Part shown: positions 21,908 to 34,355 of the stretch, one piece after another
Layout of the letters: each line of letters begins with the position of its first letter
Position numbering within the stretch: position 1 is the stretch's first letter
Origin: Methylococcaceae bacterium
GTDB taxonomy: Bacteria; Pseudomonadota; Gammaproteobacteria; Methylococcales; Methylomonadaceae
Length of the DNA stretch: 64,000 nt
Reading direction: 5' to 3'
Assembly: GCA_021647585.1 (NCBI GenBank)
Contig: JAKIUK010000014.1
Location: forward strand, 3,785 to 67,784
The notes under the pieces: model-generated
Told to the model about the DNA's origin: nothing
What the model saw: the letters and a program-made list of their open reading frames with translations, nothing else
The model's database searches: none
Position numbers and translations under genes: made by a program

Positions 21908-21923
21908 GTTTTGCTAATAGAAC

Positions 21924-22307
21924 TTAGTCTTCTTCAACTAATTCAGGCTCTGGCCTATCAACCAATTCCACATAGGCCATAGGAGCCGAATCGCCAGTTC
22001 TAAAACCACATTTTATGATTCTTAGGTAACCACCTGGACGCTCCTGATATCGAGGGCCCAACTCATTAAACAACTTTGTTACGACGTCACGATCACGCAG
22101 TTTTGAAAAAGCTAAACGCCTTTTAGCAACAGAATCATCTTTAGATAAAGTTATTAAAGGTTCAGCAAAACCACGTAACTCTTTAGCCTTAGGTAGAGTT
22201 GTTTTGATCAGCTCATGCCTGAATAAAGATGTTGCCATATTACTGAACATAGCTTTACGATGACTGCTATTTCTATTTAATTGTCTGCCCGTCTTACGAT
22301 GTCTCAT
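21924..22307 (-). CDS. rplQ: 50S ribosomal protein L17
   Basis: [21 protein letters not shown]-terminus; last gene of alpha operon. Confidence 0.98.
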   Translation of the reverse strand: MRHRKTGRQLNRNSSHRKAMFSNMATSLFRHELIKTTLPKAKELRGFAEPLITLSKDDSVAKRRLAFSKLRDRDVVTKLFNELGPRYQERPGGYLRIIKCGFRTGDSAPMAYVELVDRPEPELVEED

Positions 22308-22324
22308 TTCTTTAGACCTTAATG

Positions 22325-23335
22325 TTAAATTGCTGTTTGGCTTTGATCAATTAAGTTTTCAGGGGGCCAGTTTTCCAGCCTCATACCCAAAGACAAACCT
22401 TTCAATGCCAAAATATCTTTAATCTCTGTAAGAGATTTTTTTCCGAGATTGGGTGTCTTTAATAACTCAACTTCAGTACGTTGAATTAAATCACCTATAT
22501 AAAAAATGTTTTCAGCTTTTAAGCAGTTAGCAGATCGCACTGTAAGCTCCAAATCATCAACTGGTCTTAATAGAACAGGATCAAATTCAGGTTCAGCTGG
22601 TACAATATCCTCAACTATCTGTTCATTTACCTTCTCAAAATCGACAAATACAGATAGTTGATCATGCAATATAGTTGCAGCCAATTTTACAGTTTCTTCA
22701 GGATCTACAGTACCATTTGTTTCCAGTTCAATTATAAGCTTATCCAAATTCGTCCGCTGCTCAACACGCGTACTCTCAACAGTATAAGAAACCTTGTCCA
22801 CGGGACTAAAAGATGCATCCAGTAAAAGCACTCCAACCGGTGCAACCACAGTGTTTTGTTCTTTTCTTACACTTGCTGGAATATAACCTCTATTCCTTTC
22901 TACCTTAAGCTTGATATTTAAGTTTCCAGATTCTGTTAAGTTAGCAATAACAACATCAGGATTGATAATTTCTACATCATGTGGCAAATCAATATCAGCA
23001 GCAGTTACAACTCCTGCACCTGATTTTGACAAGGTTAACTCTACTTCGTCCTTAGAATGCATGATAATTGCTAGATTTTTTAAATTCAGCAAGATATCAA
23101 TGACATCTTCCTGAACACCATCAATAGTAGTGTACTCATGCTGCACACCCTCGATTTCGACTTCAGTAACGGCACACCCAGGGACAGAAGACAACATCAC
23201 TCTTCTTAATGCGTTGCCCAAAGAATGACCGAAACCTCGCTCTAAAGGCTCAATGACAATTCTTGAATGATTAACGTTATGACTGACTACCTCGACCAAT
23301 TTAGGCTTAAGCAAACCAGAAAGAGTATTCTGCAT
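22325..23335 (-). CDS. rpoA: DNA-directed RNA polymerase subunit alpha
   Basis: 336 aa; LKPKLVEV..., [17 protein letters not shown]; operon position. Confidence 0.98.
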   Translation of the reverse strand: MQNTLSGLLKPKLVEVVSHNVNHSRIVIEPLERGFGHSLGNALRRVMLSSVPGCAVTEVEIEGVQHEYTTIDGVQEDVIDILLNLKNLAIIMHSKDEVELTLSKSGAGVVTAADIDLPHDVEIINPDVVIANLTESGNLNIKLKVERNRGYIPASVRKEQNTVVAPVGVLLLDASFSPVDKVSYTVESTRVEQRTNLDKLIIELETNGTVDPEETVKLAATILHDQLSVFVDFEKVNEQIVEDIVPAEPEFDPVLLRPVDDLELTVRSANCLKAENIFYIGDLIQRTEVELLKTPNLGKKSLTEIKDILALKGLSLGMRLENWPPENLIDQSQTAI

Positions 23336-23355
23336 AGTTTATATCTCAGTAACAA

Positions 23356-23976
23356 TTATTTAGAGTATAGTTCAACAACTAACTGCTCATTCATATCAGT
23401 GCCTAAGTCAGCACGCTCTGGAAGTGATTTAAATACACCTTCCATTTCTTTTTGATTCACTTCAACCCATGAAGGAAATCCATATTGATCGGTTACAGTG
23501 AGAGATTCTATAATTCTCTGCTGTTTTTTTGATTTCTCTCTTATTTTAATCACATCACCAATATTTACCTGTAAAGAAGGTATGTTGGTTATCTGATCAT
23601 TGACTAAAATTGCTTTATGAGACACTAACTGACGTGCTTCTGCGCGCGTACTGGCATAGCCCATTCTGTAGACCACATTATCGAGTCTAGATTCTAATAA
23701 ATTAAGCAGATTTGAACCTGTGGCCCCTTTCTTTAAATCAGCCGCTTTATAGTAGTTTCTAAACTGCTTTTCTAAAATTCCATAAATTCTACGTATTCTT
23801 TGTTTTGCACGTAATTGCAAAGCATAATCAGAGTTTCTTGTACGTGCAGCTCCATGCTGTCCAGGTCTTTGCTCTAGCTTACACTTCCCTTCCAGAGACT
23901 TTCCTCTGCTTTTTAATAAAAGGTCAGTACCTTCTCTACGACTTAATTTACAAGTTGGGCCAAGATATCTTGCCAT
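23356..23976 (-). CDS. rpsD: 30S ribosomal protein S4
   Basis: [19 protein letters not shown]. Confidence 0.98.
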   Translation of the reverse strand: MARYLGPTCKLSRREGTDLLLKSRGKSLEGKCKLEQRPGQHGAARTRNSDYALQLRAKQRIRRIYGILEKQFRNYYKAADLKKGATGSNLLNLLESRLDNVVYRMGYASTRAEARQLVSHKAILVNDQITNIPSLQVNIGDVIKIREKSKKQQRIIESLTVTDQYGFPSWVEVNQKEMEGVFKSLPERADLGTDMNEQLVVELYSK

Positions 23977-23994
23977 TTTACTACTCCAAATATT

Positions 23995-24381
23995 TTAAAC
24001 GCGGCGCTTTTTAGGTGGACGACATCCATTGTGTGGAATTGGCGTTACATCAACTATATTATTGATCTTAAAACCCAGATTATTCAACGATCTAACTGCT
24101 GATTCACGACCAGGCCCAGGACCTTTAATCATGACATCTAAATTTTTCATACCATACTCTAAAGCCACTGTCCCCGCTCTTTCAGCAGCAACCTGGGCAG
24201 CAAATGGTGTACTTTTACGCGAACCTCTAAAACCAGATCCACCTGCTGTTGCCCACGCCAGAGCATTACCCTTTCGGTCACTAATTGTTACAATTGTATT
24301 ATTAAAAGACGCATGCACATGAGCAATACCATCTGCTATTTCTTTTTTTATACGCTTTTTTATACGTTTTTGAGTTGCCAT
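23995..24381 (-). CDS. rpsK: 30S ribosomal protein S11
   Basis: [19 protein letters not shown]-terminal [12 protein letters not shown]. Confidence 0.98.
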   Translation of the reverse strand: MATQKRIKKRIKKEIADGIAHVHASFNNTIVTISDRKGNALAWATAGGSGFRGSRKSTPFAAQVAAERAGTVALEYGMKNLDVMIKGPGPGRESAVRSLNNLGFKINNIVDVTPIPHNGCRPPKKRRV

Positions 24382-24405
24382 TTTACTTAGCCTTTACAGA
24401 ATATC

Positions 24406-24762
24406 TTATTTTCTAATTGGTTTACGAGGACCTTTTCGGGTACGCGCATTTGTTCGAGTACGCTGCCCTCTTAATGGCAAACCTCTTCTATGTCTAATAC
24501 CACGAAAACAACCCAAGTCCATCAATCGCTTAATATTCATTGAGACTTCGCGTCGCAGATCACCTTCTACAGTCATTACCGAGATCGCTTTTCGTATTGT
24601 CTCTAACTGCTCTTCTGAGAGTTCTTTGATTTTTACTGAAGGTTTAATTTTAACCTGTTCACAAATTTGTCTAGCAGTTTGACGACCAATACCATAAATT
24701 GCTGTTAAAGCTATTTCTGCGTGTTTATGGTCTGCTACATTGATTCCGGCAATACGTGCCAT
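24406..24762 (-). CDS. rpsM: 30S ribosomal protein S13
   Basis: Start at MARIAGINV (118 aa); the 23-codon upstream extension in the ORF track is rejected. Confidence 0.97.
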   Translation of the reverse strand: MARIAGINVADHKHAEIALTAIYGIGRQTARQICEQVKIKPSVKIKELSEEQLETIRKAISVMTVEGDLRREVSMNIKRLMDLGCFRGIRHRRGLPLRGQRTRTNARTRKGPRKPIRK

Positions 24763-24802
24763 CCAGATACTCCTACTACGGTATTCCAAAGTTAAGCGCG
24801 CA

Positions 24803-24831
24803 AGTATAGCATAATGACACAATATGCGCAA
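24803..24831 (-). promoter_or_regulatory. candidate sigma70 promoter of the alpha operon (between rpmJ and rpsM)
   Basis: Minus strand TTGCGC-17 nt-TATACT. Confidence 0.45.
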
Positions 24832-24837
24832 TAAAAT

Positions 24838-24951
24838 TTACCCCTGACGCTGTTTATGACGCCCATCTTTACAAATTACTCTTACAACACCATTTCTTTT
24901 AACTACTTTGCAATTTCTACAGATTTTTTTTACGGATGCGCGGACTTTCAC
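24838..24951 (-). CDS. rpmJ: 50S ribosomal protein L36
   Basis: Hand translation: (GTG)[37 protein letters not shown]; too short for the ORF track; between secY and rpsM as expected. Confidence 0.95.
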   Translation of the reverse strand: MKVRASVKKICRNCKVVKRNGVVRVICKDGRHKQRQG

Positions 24952-24971
24952 GTCGAACCTCTTTTGTTAAA

Positions 24972-26294
24972 TTATCTTTTCAGATTAGCCTTTTTCATCA
25001 GGCCATCATATTGTTGAGACATCATATGTGTTTGTAGCTGAGAAATAAAATCCATCACTACCACAACAATGATTAATAGAGACGTACCACCAAAATAGAA
25101 AGGTACATTCCAATAGACAATCATAAATTCAGGCAACAAACATACTAAAGTAATATAAAAAGCCCCGACTAATGTCAATCGTGTCATCACTTTGTCTATG
25201 TATGCAGTAGTCTGTACTCCAGGTCTAATTCCAGGAAGGAATGCACCTGATCGTTTAAGATTATCTGCAGTTTCTTTTGAATTAAAAACTAACGCTGTAT
25301 AAAAGAAACAGAAAAATATAATTGCTGTAGCGTAAAATAGCACGTAGATGGGCTGCCCAGGAGATAACATAGTCGAAACATCCTGTAACCAGCCAAAGCC
25401 TTCATTACTACTAAACCAACCTGCAATTGTTGAAGGAAACAAAATAATACTGGATGCAAAGATAGGTGGTATTACACCTGCCATATTAAGCTTTAAAGGT
25501 AAAAAACTACTTTGCCCCGCCATCATTTTTCGACCCTGCTGCCGCTTTGGATAATTAATGATTATCCTGCGCTGGCCACGCTCGACAAAAACAACAAGTG
25601 CAGTCACTGCAATAGCTATCAAAAATAACAACACAATAAATGCACCATTCATTTCACCAGTACGAGCTAATTCAAGCGTACCACCAATAGCTTTAGGAAG
25701 ACCTGAAACTATACCTGCAAAAATAATGAGTGATATACCATTACCTATACCACGTTCTGTTACTTGCTCCCCCAGCCACATAAGAAAAATGGTGCCCGTT
25801 ACAAGAGTGATCGTTGTAATAAATATAAAACTGACACCCGGATGAATTACAACACCCAACCCACCAGCAGTCTGATTTTGAAGAGCCATGGAAATCCCTA
25901 TAGCCTGAAAAGTCGCTAAAACAACTGTTCCGTACCGGGTATATTGAGAAATTTTTCTTCGACCAGACTCCCCTTCTTTCTTAATCTGCTCCATTGTGGG
26001 AATAACGACTGTCATCAATTGCATAATAATTGATGACGATATATACGGCATAATTCCGAGGGCAAATAGACTTAAGCGCATTAAAGCACCACCGGAAAAC
26101 ATATTGAACATATCAAGTATAGAGCCACTTTGCTGTTCAAACATTATTGCCAATGCATTTGGATCAATTCCTGGCACCGGTATATGGGCACCCACACGAT
26201 AAACGAAGAAGGCGCCAAGTACAAATAACAACCTTGATCTCAACTCTGCAAATGCTCCGCTTTTGCTTGTCATTTCTGCTCTTGAAGTACTCAC
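24972..26294 (-). CDS. secY: preprotein translocase subunit SecY
   Basis: 440 aa, 10 TM pattern, [18 protein letters not shown]. Confidence 0.98.
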   Translation of the reverse strand: MSTSRAEMTSKSGAFAELRSRLLFVLGAFFVYRVGAHIPVPGIDPNALAIMFEQQSGSILDMFNMFSGGALMRLSLFALGIMPYISSSIIMQLMTVVIPTMEQIKKEGESGRRKISQYTRYGTVVLATFQAIGISMALQNQTAGGLGVVIHPGVSFIFITTITLVTGTIFLMWLGEQVTERGIGNGISLIIFAGIVSGLPKAIGGTLELARTGEMNGAFIVLLFLIAIAVTALVVFVERGQRRIIINYPKRQQGRKMMAGQSSFLPLKLNMAGVIPPIFASSIILFPSTIAGWFSSNEGFGWLQDVSTMLSPGQPIYVLFYATAIIFFCFFYTALVFNSKETADNLKRSGAFLPGIRPGVQTTAYIDKVMTRLTLVGAFYITLVCLLPEFMIVYWNVPFYFGGTSLLIIVVVVMDFISQLQTHMMSQQYDGLMKKANLKR

Positions 26295-26729
26295 TTATGC
26301 CTCTACTTTGCCACCAGCAGCTACTATTGATTCCTTTGCTCCTGCAGTTAATTTCAATCCCTTGATAGTGATAGACTTTGCTATTTCACCTGATTTAATT
26401 ACTTTTACTGTTTTAGTAAAAGCAGGTACAAGATTAGCTGCAATCAATGCTTGTAAATCCACAACATCTGATTCCAAAGAACCTACTTCATACAATGTTA
26501 CTTCTGAAGAATATTTTTTAACTCTTGAACTAAAACCAACTTTAGGCAATCTACGTTGCAAAGGCATTTGACCACCCTCAAAGCCGACTTTATGGAAGCC
26601 GCCGCTACGTGATTTCTGGCCTTTATGACCTCGACCACAAGTTTTACCTAAAGTAGAACCGATTCCTCGACCTACTCTTTTAGCTTGTTTCCTGGAGCCA
26701 TATGCCGACTGAATAGTATTTAAATTCAT
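26295..26729 (-). CDS. rplO: 50S ribosomal protein L15
   Basis: [27 protein letters not shown]. Confidence 0.98.
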   Translation of the reverse strand: MNLNTIQSAYGSRKQAKRVGRGIGSTLGKTCGRGHKGQKSRSGGFHKVGFEGGQMPLQRRLPKVGFSSRVKKYSSEVTLYEVGSLESDVVDLQALIAANLVPAFTKTVKVIKSGEIAKSITIKGLKLTAGAKESIVAAGGKVEA

Positions 26730-26914
26730 GACACTTCCTCAACTTTCAGCATGTATGATACTTTATTGATCATTCCCCTGTTTTCAGGAGTATCAATTAC
26801 TTCAACTGTTTGACGTATTTTACGCAAACCCAATCCTTTTAAACATGCTCGATGACTTTTTAGCCGTCCAAACTTGCTTTTAGTCATGGTTACACTTATT
26901 TTTTTATCCGCCAT
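26726..26914 (-). CDS. rpmD: 50S ribosomal protein L30
   Basis: 62 aa; operon position between rpsE and rplO; [10 protein letters not shown]. Confidence 0.96.
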   Translation of the reverse strand: MADKKISVTMTKSKFGRLKSHRACLKGLGLRKIRQTVEVIDTPENRGMINKVSYMLKVEEVS

Positions 26915-26919
26915 GATTT

Positions 26920-27432
26920 CTATCCAATGATTTGGTCAACTGTCAAACCACGTTTAGCCGCGATTTGTTCAGCATTTTTCATTTCAGTCAATCCTTTAAT
27001 TGTTGCTCTCACAACATTAATAGGATTATTAGTACCTATGCATTTAGCCAAGACATTATGTACGCCAACAACTTCGAAAACAGCACGCATTGCGCCACCC
27101 GCGATAATACCAGTACCTTCAGAAGCAGGCTGCATATAAACTTTTGCTGCACCTGTTTCACCAGTAACTGTATACTGCAATGTTCCTTCTTTTAACTGTA
27201 CCTTGCGCATGTTTTTTCTTGCTTGCTCTAGGGATTTTTGTATCGCAATAGGAACCTCTCTTGCTTTACTTACCCCGTAGCCTACTCTGCCTTGCCCGTC
27301 ACCAACTACGGTCAATGCAGCAAAACCAAATACTCTACCACCTTTAACAACTTTAGCAACACGTCTAACAGAAACTAACTTTTCCTGAAAACCATCTGCA
27401 CTTGCTTGACCTTGAGGTCCTGATGTAGCCAT
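26920..27432 (-). CDS. rpsE: 30S ribosomal protein S5
   Basis: [29 protein letters not shown]. Confidence 0.98.
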   Translation of the reverse strand: MATSGPQGQASADGFQEKLVSVRRVAKVVKGGRVFGFAALTVVGDGQGRVGYGVSKAREVPIAIQKSLEQARKNMRKVQLKEGTLQYTVTGETGAAKVYMQPASEGTGIIAGGAMRAVFEVVGVHNVLAKCIGTNNPINVVRATIKGLTEMKNAEQIAAKRGLTVDQIIG

Positions 27433-27441
27433 TATATTCTC

Positions 27442-27795
27442 CTAGAACTTCAAACCGGCTTCACGTGCAGCATCTGCTAATGCTTTAACACGACCATGGT
27501 ATTTAAAACCCGAACGATCAAAAGCTACTTCTGTTACACCCGCTTCTAATGCTCTTTTTGCGATAGCCTTGCCTACTGCAACTGCTGAAACAGCATTCCC
27601 CGTATTGGCTTGACTACCTTTAATTTCTGCTTCTAATGTTGAGGCACTTGCAACTGTGGCTGTACCATCTTCACTCATAACTTGAGCATAAATATGCTGC
27701 GATGTTTTATGTACCGTGAGTCTATTAACGCCTAGCTGCTTTATTTTACTGCGTTGTCTTAACGCACGCTTTATTCGAGATGCTTTCTTATCCAT
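27442..27795 (-). CDS. rplR: 50S ribosomal protein L18
   Basis: 117 aa; [41 protein letters not shown]. Confidence 0.98.
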   Translation of the reverse strand: MDKKASRIKRALRQRSKIKQLGVNRLTVHKTSQHIYAQVMSEDGTATVASASTLEAEIKGSQANTGNAVSAVAVGKAIAKRALEAGVTEVAFDRSGFKYHGRVKALADAAREAGLKF

Positions 27796-27804
27796 TATCC
27801 TAAC

Positions 27805-28338
27805 CTACTTCTTCTTGGCTTCTTTACGTGCGACATACTCATCAGTATATCTCACACCTTTCCCTTTATAGGGTTCTGGCGGACGAAATGCTCTGATTTC
27901 TGAAGCTACTTGACCAACTCTTTGTTTATCATTACCCTTTACAATTAATTCAGTCTGGCTGGTAGCCTCAACAGTAATACCTTCAGGCACTTGATACTGT
28001 ACCGGATTGGAAAAACCTAAAGCAAGCGTTAGCAAGTTACCTTTTATTTGAGCTCTGTACCCAACACCAATCAGGGTTAATTTTTTTTCAAAACCTTCCG
28101 AAACGCCAGTCACCATATTGTTGATAGACGCTCTTGTTGTCCCTGCTTGAGCTTTAGCATTCTTGATAGCATCATTCCATTTTACTTGAATGACGTTGCC
28201 ATTAATATCAACGCTCACATCTTTATGTATCTTATATGTCAACTGACCACCTTTACCTTTTACAGTCATGGTAATGCCATCTAATTTGACATCAACACCA
28301 CCAGGTATATTTACAGCTGCATTTGCTACTCTTGACAT
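27805..28338 (-). CDS. rplF: 50S ribosomal protein L6
   Basis: Start at MSRVANAAV (177 aa); upstream 10-codon extension rejected. Confidence 0.97.
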   Translation of the reverse strand: MSRVANAAVNIPGGVDVKLDGITMTVKGKGGQLTYKIHKDVSVDINGNVIQVKWNDAIKNAKAQAGTTRASINNMVTGVSEGFEKKLTLIGVGYRAQIKGNLLTLALGFSNPVQYQVPEGITVEATSQTELIVKGNDKQRVGQVASEIRAFRPPEPYKGKGVRYTDEYVARKEAKKK

Positions 28339-28352
28339 AACACACCTATCCT

Positions 28353-28748
28353 CTAACAAACAGTGCAAATAACTTCACCGCCATGCCCAATTGCACGGGC
28401 AGCACGGTCAGTCATTACACCATTAGAAGTTGAAACGATTGCAATACCCAATCCAGCAAGAACTTTTGGAAGTTCATCTTTAGATTTATAGATTCTAAGC
28501 CCTGGCCTACTGACCCTTTTAACTTTCTCTATAACAGGCACACCTTGATAATACTTTAAATCAACTGTCATTTCAGTGTGACTGCCAGTTGTTTCTATTT
28601 TAAAGTCAGTGATATAACCTTCTTCCTTCAAAACCTTTGCAATTGCGACTTTCAATTTTGATGAAGGCAATTTAACACTTTTCTTTCCTGCAGATTGACC
28701 ATTTCTTATTCTGGTCAACATGTCTGCAATTGGATCACTCATACTCAT
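28353..28748 (-). CDS. rpsH: 30S ribosomal protein S8
   Basis: [17 protein letters not shown]. Confidence 0.98.
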   Translation of the reverse strand: MSMSDPIADMLTRIRNGQSAGKKSVKLPSSKLKVAIAKVLKEEGYITDFKIETTGSHTEMTVDLKYYQGVPVIEKVKRVSRPGLRIYKSKDELPKVLAGLGIAIVSTSNGVMTDRAARAIGHGGEVICTVC

Positions 28749-28778
28749 TTTATAATCTCCAAAAACTTGCTAACCACA

Positions 28779-29084
28779 TTACCAACTTGCTTTAGACAAA
28801 CCGGGAACATCACCACGCATTGTTGCTTCTCTTAGTTTATTACGACCAAGACCGAATTTACGGTAAACACCATGCGGACGACCAGTTATACTGCAACGAT
28901 TCCGGCGTCTTGATGGACTGGAATCACGCGGTAGTTTTTGCAGACTTAACAGAGCTGCTTCTTTATCTTCGTCTGAAGTATTCGGGTCTCTTATAAGTTC
29001 TTTTAATGCCCTTCTTTTTACTTCATATTTACCGACTAACTTGTTACGCTTGTTTTCACGCGCAATCATAGATTTTTTAGCCAT
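28779..29084 (-). CDS. rpsN: 30S ribosomal protein S14
   Basis: 101 aa; [11 protein letters not shown]-terminal [12 protein letters not shown]. Confidence 0.98.
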   Translation of the reverse strand: MAKKSMIARENKRNKLVGKYEVKRRALKELIRDPNTSDEDKEAALLSLQKLPRDSSPSRRRNRCSITGRPHGVYRKFGLGRNKLREATMRGDVPGLSKASW

Positions 29085-29097
29085 TTGTATACGCCCT

Positions 29098-29637
29098 TTA
29101 GTTCTTAAATGGAAAATTGAAAAGCTTCAATAATGCCAAGCCTTCCTCATTTGATCCCGCTGTTGTTGTGATAGAAATATCCATACCGCGCAAGGTGTCA
29201 ATCTTGTCATAATCAATCTCTGGAAAGATGATTTGCTCAGTTACACCCATAGAATAATTTCCACGACCATCAAAGCTTTTAGGACTCATTCCTCTGAAAT
29301 CTCGTATCCGAGGAATAGCAATACTAACCAAGCGATCTAAAAACTCGTACATTTTGTCACTGCGAAGAGTCACTTTACAGCCTATAGCCATATCATCACG
29401 AATTTTAAAACCAGCAATTGATTTTCTTGATAATGTTACAACAGGTTTCTGTCCGGAAATTTTTTCCATATCAGAAAGCGCTGACTGTATTACTTTTTTA
29501 TCAGCCACTGCTTCTCCGACACCCATATTAAGGGTAATCTTAGTCAGTTTAGGTACTTCCATTACCGATTTATAGCCGAACTGCTTTTGTAAAGCAGGAA
29601 TTATGTTTTGTTTATATTCAGTTTCTAGTCTAGCCAT
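29098..29637 (-). CDS. rplE: 50S ribosomal protein L5
   Basis: 179 aa; [30 protein letters not shown]. Confidence 0.98.
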   Translation of the reverse strand: MARLETEYKQNIIPALQKQFGYKSVMEVPKLTKITLNMGVGEAVADKKVIQSALSDMEKISGQKPVVTLSRKSIAGFKIRDDMAIGCKVTLRSDKMYEFLDRLVSIAIPRIRDFRGMSPKSFDGRGNYSMGVTEQIIFPEIDYDKIDTLRGMDISITTTAGSNEEGLALLKLFNFPFKN

Positions 29638-29649
29638 GATTTTTATATC

Positions 29650-29967
29650 CTATGCATCAACTACTTCATTAGTAGATTTAAAATATCTGACTTTTTTTCC
29701 ATCATCTAGAAACTTGAAGCCAACTCGATCAGCCTTTTTTGTTTCGGGATTATACAAACCAACATTTGAAATACTGATAGGCATATCCTTATCAATTATA
29801 CCGCCTTGCACACCCGCATTTGGGTTTCCTTTTTGATGTTTTTTGGCACGGTTAATCCCTTCAACCAATACTTTTTTCTCATCAATTATTTTCAGAACCT
29901 TACCTTGCTTACCTTTATCTTTTCCGATAAGCACAATAACTTCATCACCTTTTCTTAATTTTTGCAT
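29650..29967 (-). CDS. rplX: 50S ribosomal protein L24
   Basis: [24 protein letters not shown]. Confidence 0.98.
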   Translation of the reverse strand: MQKLRKGDEVIVLIGKDKGKQGKVLKIIDEKKVLVEGINRAKKHQKGNPNAGVQGGIIDKDMPISISNVGLYNPETKKADRVGFKFLDDGKKVRYFKSTNEVVDA

Positions 29968-29979
29968 CTGGACCTACCT

Positions 29980-30348
29980 TTACAATACTTCTGGAGCAAG
30001 TGAAATAATTTTCATGAATTTTTCACCCCTTAATTCACGAGTTACCGGTCCAAAAATACGAGTCCCTATTGGCTGTAACTGGGTGTTTAAAATGACTGCA
30101 GCATTGCCGTCAAATCGAATCACAGAGCCATCTGGCCTGCGTACGCCTTTGCGGGTTCTAACTACTAATGCGTTATATACCTCGCCTTTTTTTACTTTTC
30201 CGCGAGGAATTGCATCTTTTATACTCACTTTAATGATGTCACCGATACCTGCGTACCGCCTGTGTGAGCCACCTAATACTTTGATACACATGACCTTTTT
30301 TGCACCGCTATTGTCAGCGATATCAAGGCTAGTTTGCATCTGAATCAT
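29980..30348 (-). CDS. rplN: 50S ribosomal protein L14
   Basis: [28 protein letters not shown]. Confidence 0.98.
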   Translation of the reverse strand: MIQMQTSLDIADNSGAKKVMCIKVLGGSHRRYAGIGDIIKVSIKDAIPRGKVKKGEVYNALVVRTRKGVRRPDGSVIRFDGNAAVILNTQLQPIGTRIFGPVTRELRGEKFMKIISLAPEVL

Positions 30349-30386
30349 TGTTAAATCCCAATTATATCGATTAATATTTTACAGTT

Positions 30387-30647
30387 TCAATCTGAACTTT
30401 CTAATATTGAAACTAATTTAAAAGTCTTGTTTTTTGACAAAGGTCTACATGACGTTATTGAAACCACATCACCTTGCTTTGCCTTATTTTGCTCATCATG
30501 AGCCATATACTTAGTAGAACGTTTTATATATTTCCCATAAATTGGAAATTTGATCAAACGTTCAACCATAACAGTTATCGTTTTATCCATTTTATCGCTT
30601 ACCACACGACCTGTTACTGTTCGTATTTTTTCATTATTCTCAGTCAT
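30387..30647 (-). CDS. rpsQ: 30S ribosomal protein S17
   Basis: 86 aa; [18 protein letters not shown]. Confidence 0.98.
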   Translation of the reverse strand: MTENNEKIRTVTGRVVSDKMDKTITVMVERLIKFPIYGKYIKRSTKYMAHDEQNKAKQGDVVSITSCRPLSKNKTFKLVSILESSD

Positions 30648-30649
30648 GC

Positions 30650-30844
30650 CTATGCACTCGCCATTTCATTTAAAATCGTATGAATTCGGGCAATATCTCG
30701 TCTTACCTTCTTCACTTGATCCGGTTTGGCCAATTGACCAGTCCCTTTTTGCATTCTTAAATTAAACTGTTCACGTGACTTTTCAAGTAACAATGAATTT
30801 AATTCTTCTTTTGTCTTTTGACGTAATTCGCTTGCATTCATCAC
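30650..30844 (-). CDS. rpmC: 50S ribosomal protein L29
   Basis: 64 aa; [16 protein letters not shown]...FNLRMQ. Confidence 0.97.
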   Translation of the reverse strand: MMNASELRQKTKEELNSLLLEKSREQFNLRMQKGTGQLAKPDQVKKVRRDIARIHTILNEMASA

Positions 30845-31254
30845 ATTATTGTCCGCGCTACAAAGGTTGTTTTAACTGGTAACTTAGCGGCTGCCAAGTC
30901 AAACGCCGCACGTGCCACTACTTCAGGAACTCCCTGAATTTCATATAACATGGTTCCTGGTTTTACTTGTGCCACCCAGAATTCCACACTACCTTTCCCT
31001 TTACCCATCCGCACTTCTAACGGCTTCTTAGTAATTGGCTTATCAGGAAATATTCTGATCCACATTTTCCCCTGTCGCTTTACATGGCGTGTTATTGTCC
31101 TACGTGCTGCCTCAATTTGGCGGGCGGTAATTCTACCACGCCCCAATGATTTAAGTCCATATTCTCCAAAACTTACTGAAGAGCCACGAACTGCAACACC
31201 ATTATTTCTGCCTTTATGCTGCTTACGAAATTTTGTTCTTTTTGGTTGAAGCAT
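30841..31254 (-). CDS. rplP: 50S ribosomal protein L16
   Basis: [17 protein letters not shown]. Confidence 0.98.
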   Translation of the reverse strand: MLQPKRTKFRKQHKGRNNGVAVRGSSVSFGEYGLKSLGRGRITARQIEAARRTITRHVKRQGKMWIRIFPDKPITKKPLEVRMGKGKGSVEFWVAQVKPGTMLYEIQGVPEVVARAAFDLAAAKLPVKTTFVARTIM

Positions 31255-31273
31255 TTTTTTGTCCCTTCAACTG

Positions 31274-31942
31274 TTATTTACTGTTAGATTTAGCAGATGC
31301 ACTGTTTGCATCCACATCAAAGACTTCACCCTTAAAGATCCAGACTTTAATGCCTATGATTCCATAAGTAGTGTTTGCTTCTGCTGTACCGTAATCAATG
31401 TCTGCACGCAATGTATGTAGAGGAACACGTCCCTCTCTATACCATTCGCCTCGTGCTATTTCTGCACCATTTAAACGACCACCAACATTGATCTTAATAC
31501 CTTCAGCACCTAGACGCATTGTATTTGTAACTGCACGCTTCATGGCACGACGATACATGATCCTTTTTTCCAGTTGTTGAGCTATACCCTCAGCAACTAA
31601 TGTTGCATCTAATTCAGGCTTCCTTATTTCTTCAACATTTATTTTAACCGGTACGCCCATCATTTTTGAGACTGCTACCCTCAATTTATCAATATCTTCA
31701 CCCTTCTTACCAATGACGATACCTGGTCGCGCAGTATGTACAGTTATTTGTGCGTTGTTCGCAGGCCTGTTGATCTGAATCCGACTCACAGAAGCATGCG
31801 CTAATTTTTCCTTGATATACTCTCGAACCTTCAAGTCTTGTAGCAAGTATACCGGATAATTTTGGCTATTTGCATACCATCTGGAAGTCCAATCTTTAAC
31901 AATTCCGAGACGTATACCCGTTGGATGTACTTTTTGACCCAT
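31274..31942 (-). CDS. rpsC: 30S ribosomal protein S3
   Basis: [18 protein letters not shown]. Confidence 0.98.
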   Translation of the reverse strand: MGQKVHPTGIRLGIVKDWTSRWYANSQNYPVYLLQDLKVREYIKEKLAHASVSRIQINRPANNAQITVHTARPGIVIGKKGEDIDKLRVAVSKMMGVPVKINVEEIRKPELDATLVAEGIAQQLEKRIMYRRAMKRAVTNTMRLGAEGIKINVGGRLNGAEIARGEWYREGRVPLHTLRADIDYGTAEANTTYGIIGIKVWIFKGEVFDVDANSASAKSNSK

Positions 31943-31950
31943 TTTATCCT

Positions 31951-32286
31951 CTACTCGTACTCTGAAACTTTAACGGTTATATGACAGGTTCTTTTCAGGA
32001 TATGATTCGCACGTCCCTTAGCTCTTGCTCGAACCCTTTTCAAGGTAGAACCTTCATTAATAAATACTGTTGAAACGAACAACTCATCAATATCTGCACT
32101 TTCATTGTGCTCAGCATTTGCTATGGCAGATTCTAAAACCTTAACCATTATTGCAGCCGCTTTTTTGGTACTGAATTTAAGTGTATTCAATGCTTTTTCA
32201 ACAGGAAGACCACGTATTTGATCGCCGACTAATCTAGCTTTTTGAGCTGATAATGGAGCATTACTTAATTTAGCAGAAATTTCCAT
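31951..32286 (-). CDS. rplV: 50S ribosomal protein L22
   Basis: [26 protein letters not shown]; four tandem ATGs, so the start could be as far upstream as 32295. Confidence 0.96.
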   Translation of the reverse strand: MEISAKLSNAPLSAQKARLVGDQIRGLPVEKALNTLKFSTKKAAAIMVKVLESAIANAEHNESADIDELFVSTVFINEGSTLKRVRARAKGRANHILKRTCHITVKVSEYE

Positions 32287-32291
32287 CATCA

Positions 32292-32567
32292 TCACCTTCT
32301 GGCTTTCTTATCAACAATATGACCTCTGTAGGTACGAGTTGGAGCAAATTCCCCCAATTTGTGTCCTACCATATTTTCTGATATCAATACGGGAACATGC
32401 TGACGCCCATTATGAACGGCAATAGTCAAACCTAGCATATCAGGACTAATCATAGATCTTCTTGACCAGGTTTTAATCGGTTTCCTATTATTACTTGCAA
32501 CAGCTGCCTCAACTTTGTTAAGCAGATGATGATCAATAAACGGACCTTTTTTAATTGAACGTGGCAC
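32292..32567 (-). CDS. rpsS: 30S ribosomal protein S19
   Basis: [16 protein letters not shown]. Confidence 0.98.
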   Translation of the reverse strand: MPRSIKKGPFIDHHLLNKVEAAVASNNRKPIKTWSRRSMISPDMLGLTIAVHNGRQHVPVLISENMVGHKLGEFAPTRTYRGHIVDKKARR

Positions 32568-32579
32568 TCTTTATACCCC

Positions 32580-33407
32580 TTATTTCTTATTGCGGCGTCT
32601 GACAATCATCTTGTCAGTGCGTTTGTTTTTTCTAGTTTTATAACCTTTAGCAGGTGTACCCCATGGAGACACAGGATGTCTACCACCAGAAGTACGACCT
32701 TCACCACCACCATGCGGGTGATCAACCGGGTTCATAGCAACACCACGAACTGTTGGCCTAATTCCTCTATGCCTGGATGCGCCTGCCTTACCTAGCGAAA
32801 TCAGGTTGTGTTCCGAATTTGAAACCTCACCCACTGCTGCCTTACACTCAGACATGATTTTACGCATCTCACCTGAACGTAAGCGCACAGTCACATACGC
32901 TCCATCTTTTGCAACCAGTTGTGCAGAAGTACCTGCACTTCTGGCTAATTGCGCACCTTTACCCGGCTTTAATTCTACACAATGAATTGTTGTACCTAAT
33001 GGCATATTACGCAAAGGCATACAATTTCCTGCTTTAACAGGTGCATTTTCAGCAGAAAGAATTTCTTGACCTACTTCAATTTTTGAAGGTGCGATGATGT
33101 ATTTGCGCTCACCATCTTTAAACAACAAAAGTGCAATATTTGCAGTTCTGTTAGGATCATATTCGATACGTTCAACAACGGCAGGAATGTCTATTTTATT
33201 CCTTTTGAAGTCAATAATTCGATAATGTTGTTTATGCCCACCACCAATATGGCGAGTAGTTATCCGACCCTGATTATTTCTACCGCCACTTTTACTTTTC
33301 TTTTCTAATAGCTGTGCAAATGGCTTACCCTTATGTAATGCATCATTTTTTACACGCACTACAAATCGTGAGCCTGGTGAAGTCGGTTTAGATTTTAGAA
33401 TAGCCAT
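32580..33407 (-). CDS. rplB: 50S ribosomal protein L2
   Basis: 275 aa; [26 protein letters not shown]. Confidence 0.98.
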   Translation of the reverse strand: MAILKSKPTSPGSRFVVRVKNDALHKGKPFAQLLEKKSKSGGRNNQGRITTRHIGGGHKQHYRIIDFKRNKIDIPAVVERIEYDPNRTANIALLLFKDGERKYIIAPSKIEVGQEILSAENAPVKAGNCMPLRNMPLGTTIHCVELKPGKGAQLARSAGTSAQLVAKDGAYVTVRLRSGEMRKIMSECKAAVGEVSNSEHNLISLGKAGASRHRGIRPTVRGVAMNPVDHPHGGGEGRTSGGRHPVSPWGTPAKGYKTRKNKRTDKMIVRRRNKK

Positions 33408-33435
33408 TGCTTTCTACCGTTGTTTATTTTGTTAT

Positions 33436-33735
33436 TTATGCCGAAGCAAAATCAATATCATGACCAGATTTAAGCTTTACATATGCTTTTTTCCAATCAG
33501 ATCTTTTACCCAAAGTACGTCCGAAACGTTTAACTTTACCTTTAACGTTAAGAACTTTAACTGAATCAACTTCAACATCAAACATCAATTCAACTGCTTT
33601 TTTTATTTCTAACTTAGTTGCAACCTTCTTCACCTTAAAAACGAATTGATTACTGTCTTCAGCTGCGTTTGTGCTTTTTTCAGACACAACTGGCGCCAAA
33701 AGGACATTTGCTAGTTTGCTTTGCTGATCACTCAT
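33436..33735 (-). CDS. rplW: 50S ribosomal protein L23
   Basis: 99 aa; [12 protein letters not shown], operon position. Confidence 0.97.
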   Translation of the reverse strand: MSDQQSKLANVLLAPVVSEKSTNAAEDSNQFVFKVKKVATKLEIKKAVELMFDVEVDSVKVLNVKGKVKRFGRTLGKRSDWKKAYVKLKSGHDIDFASA

Positions 33736-34352
33736 GCCAAACTCTCCTCAATTTTTTTCACAGCAGCTGCTGTTGCTATCACTTTATCGGCTGAAACCAA
33801 TGCCACCGGATTCAAACCTTCTACAGTAGATACTTCAACATAAGGAATATTTCTGGAAGCCAATATCAAATCATCTGTCAACTCGTTAGCTACAATCAAC
33901 ACACGTTTTGCATCAACATTAGATAATTTCGCCACCAAATCTTTAGTTTTAGACGTAGTAGGTAGTACATCATCACTAACTACAATTCTTTCTTGGCGCA
34001 ATAACTCTGAAAATATAGAGCGGATACCCACTTTATACATTTTCTTATTAAGTTTCTGTGTAAAAGACCTGGGTTGTGCAGCAAAAGTCACACCACCTGA
34101 GCGCCAAATTGGACTGCTCATTGTACCAGCTCTTGCTCGACCTGTCCCTTTTTGTCGCCATGGCTTAGCACCACCACCACTAACTGCAGAACGATTTTTT
34201 TGGGCTTTTGTTCCAGCACGCGCACCAGCGAGATATCTTACGACCAACTGATGGACTAATGTTTCATTGAATTCTTGACCAAATATATCTTCAGCAACAT
34301 CAACCGCGCCAGCCGAATCCTGGACATTTATTGCAGGTATTTGCAAAGTCAT
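33732..34352 (-). CDS. rplD: 50S ribosomal protein L4
   Basis: 206 aa; [14 protein letters not shown]. Confidence 0.98.
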   Translation of the reverse strand: MTLQIPAINVQDSAGAVDVAEDIFGQEFNETLVHQLVVRYLAGARAGTKAQKNRSAVSGGGAKPWRQKGTGRARAGTMSSPIWRSGGVTFAAQPRSFTQKLNKKMYKVGIRSIFSELLRQERIVVSDDVLPTTSKTKDLVAKLSNVDAKRVLIVANELTDDLILASRNIPYVEVSTVEGLNPVALVSADKVIATAAAVKKIEESLA

Positions 34353-34355
34353 AAC

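Noticed and set aside
29843-30343. 166-aa ORF antisense to rplX/rplN, plus many 60-100-aa ORFs antisense to secY, rpsE, rplE, rplP, rpsC, rplC, tuf and rpoB
   Set aside because: All overlap well-supported ribosomal or translocon genes on the opposite strand, and none has a start context or recognisable family.
30361-30390. TTGAAA-18-TATAAT promoter-like match straddling the rpsQ stop, upstream of rplN
   Set aside because: Transcription from it would start only about 6 nt before the rplN ATG and would exclude the GGGA ribosome-binding site. It is probably a chance match in AT-rich DNA, although an spc-operon promoter is expected somewhere nearby.
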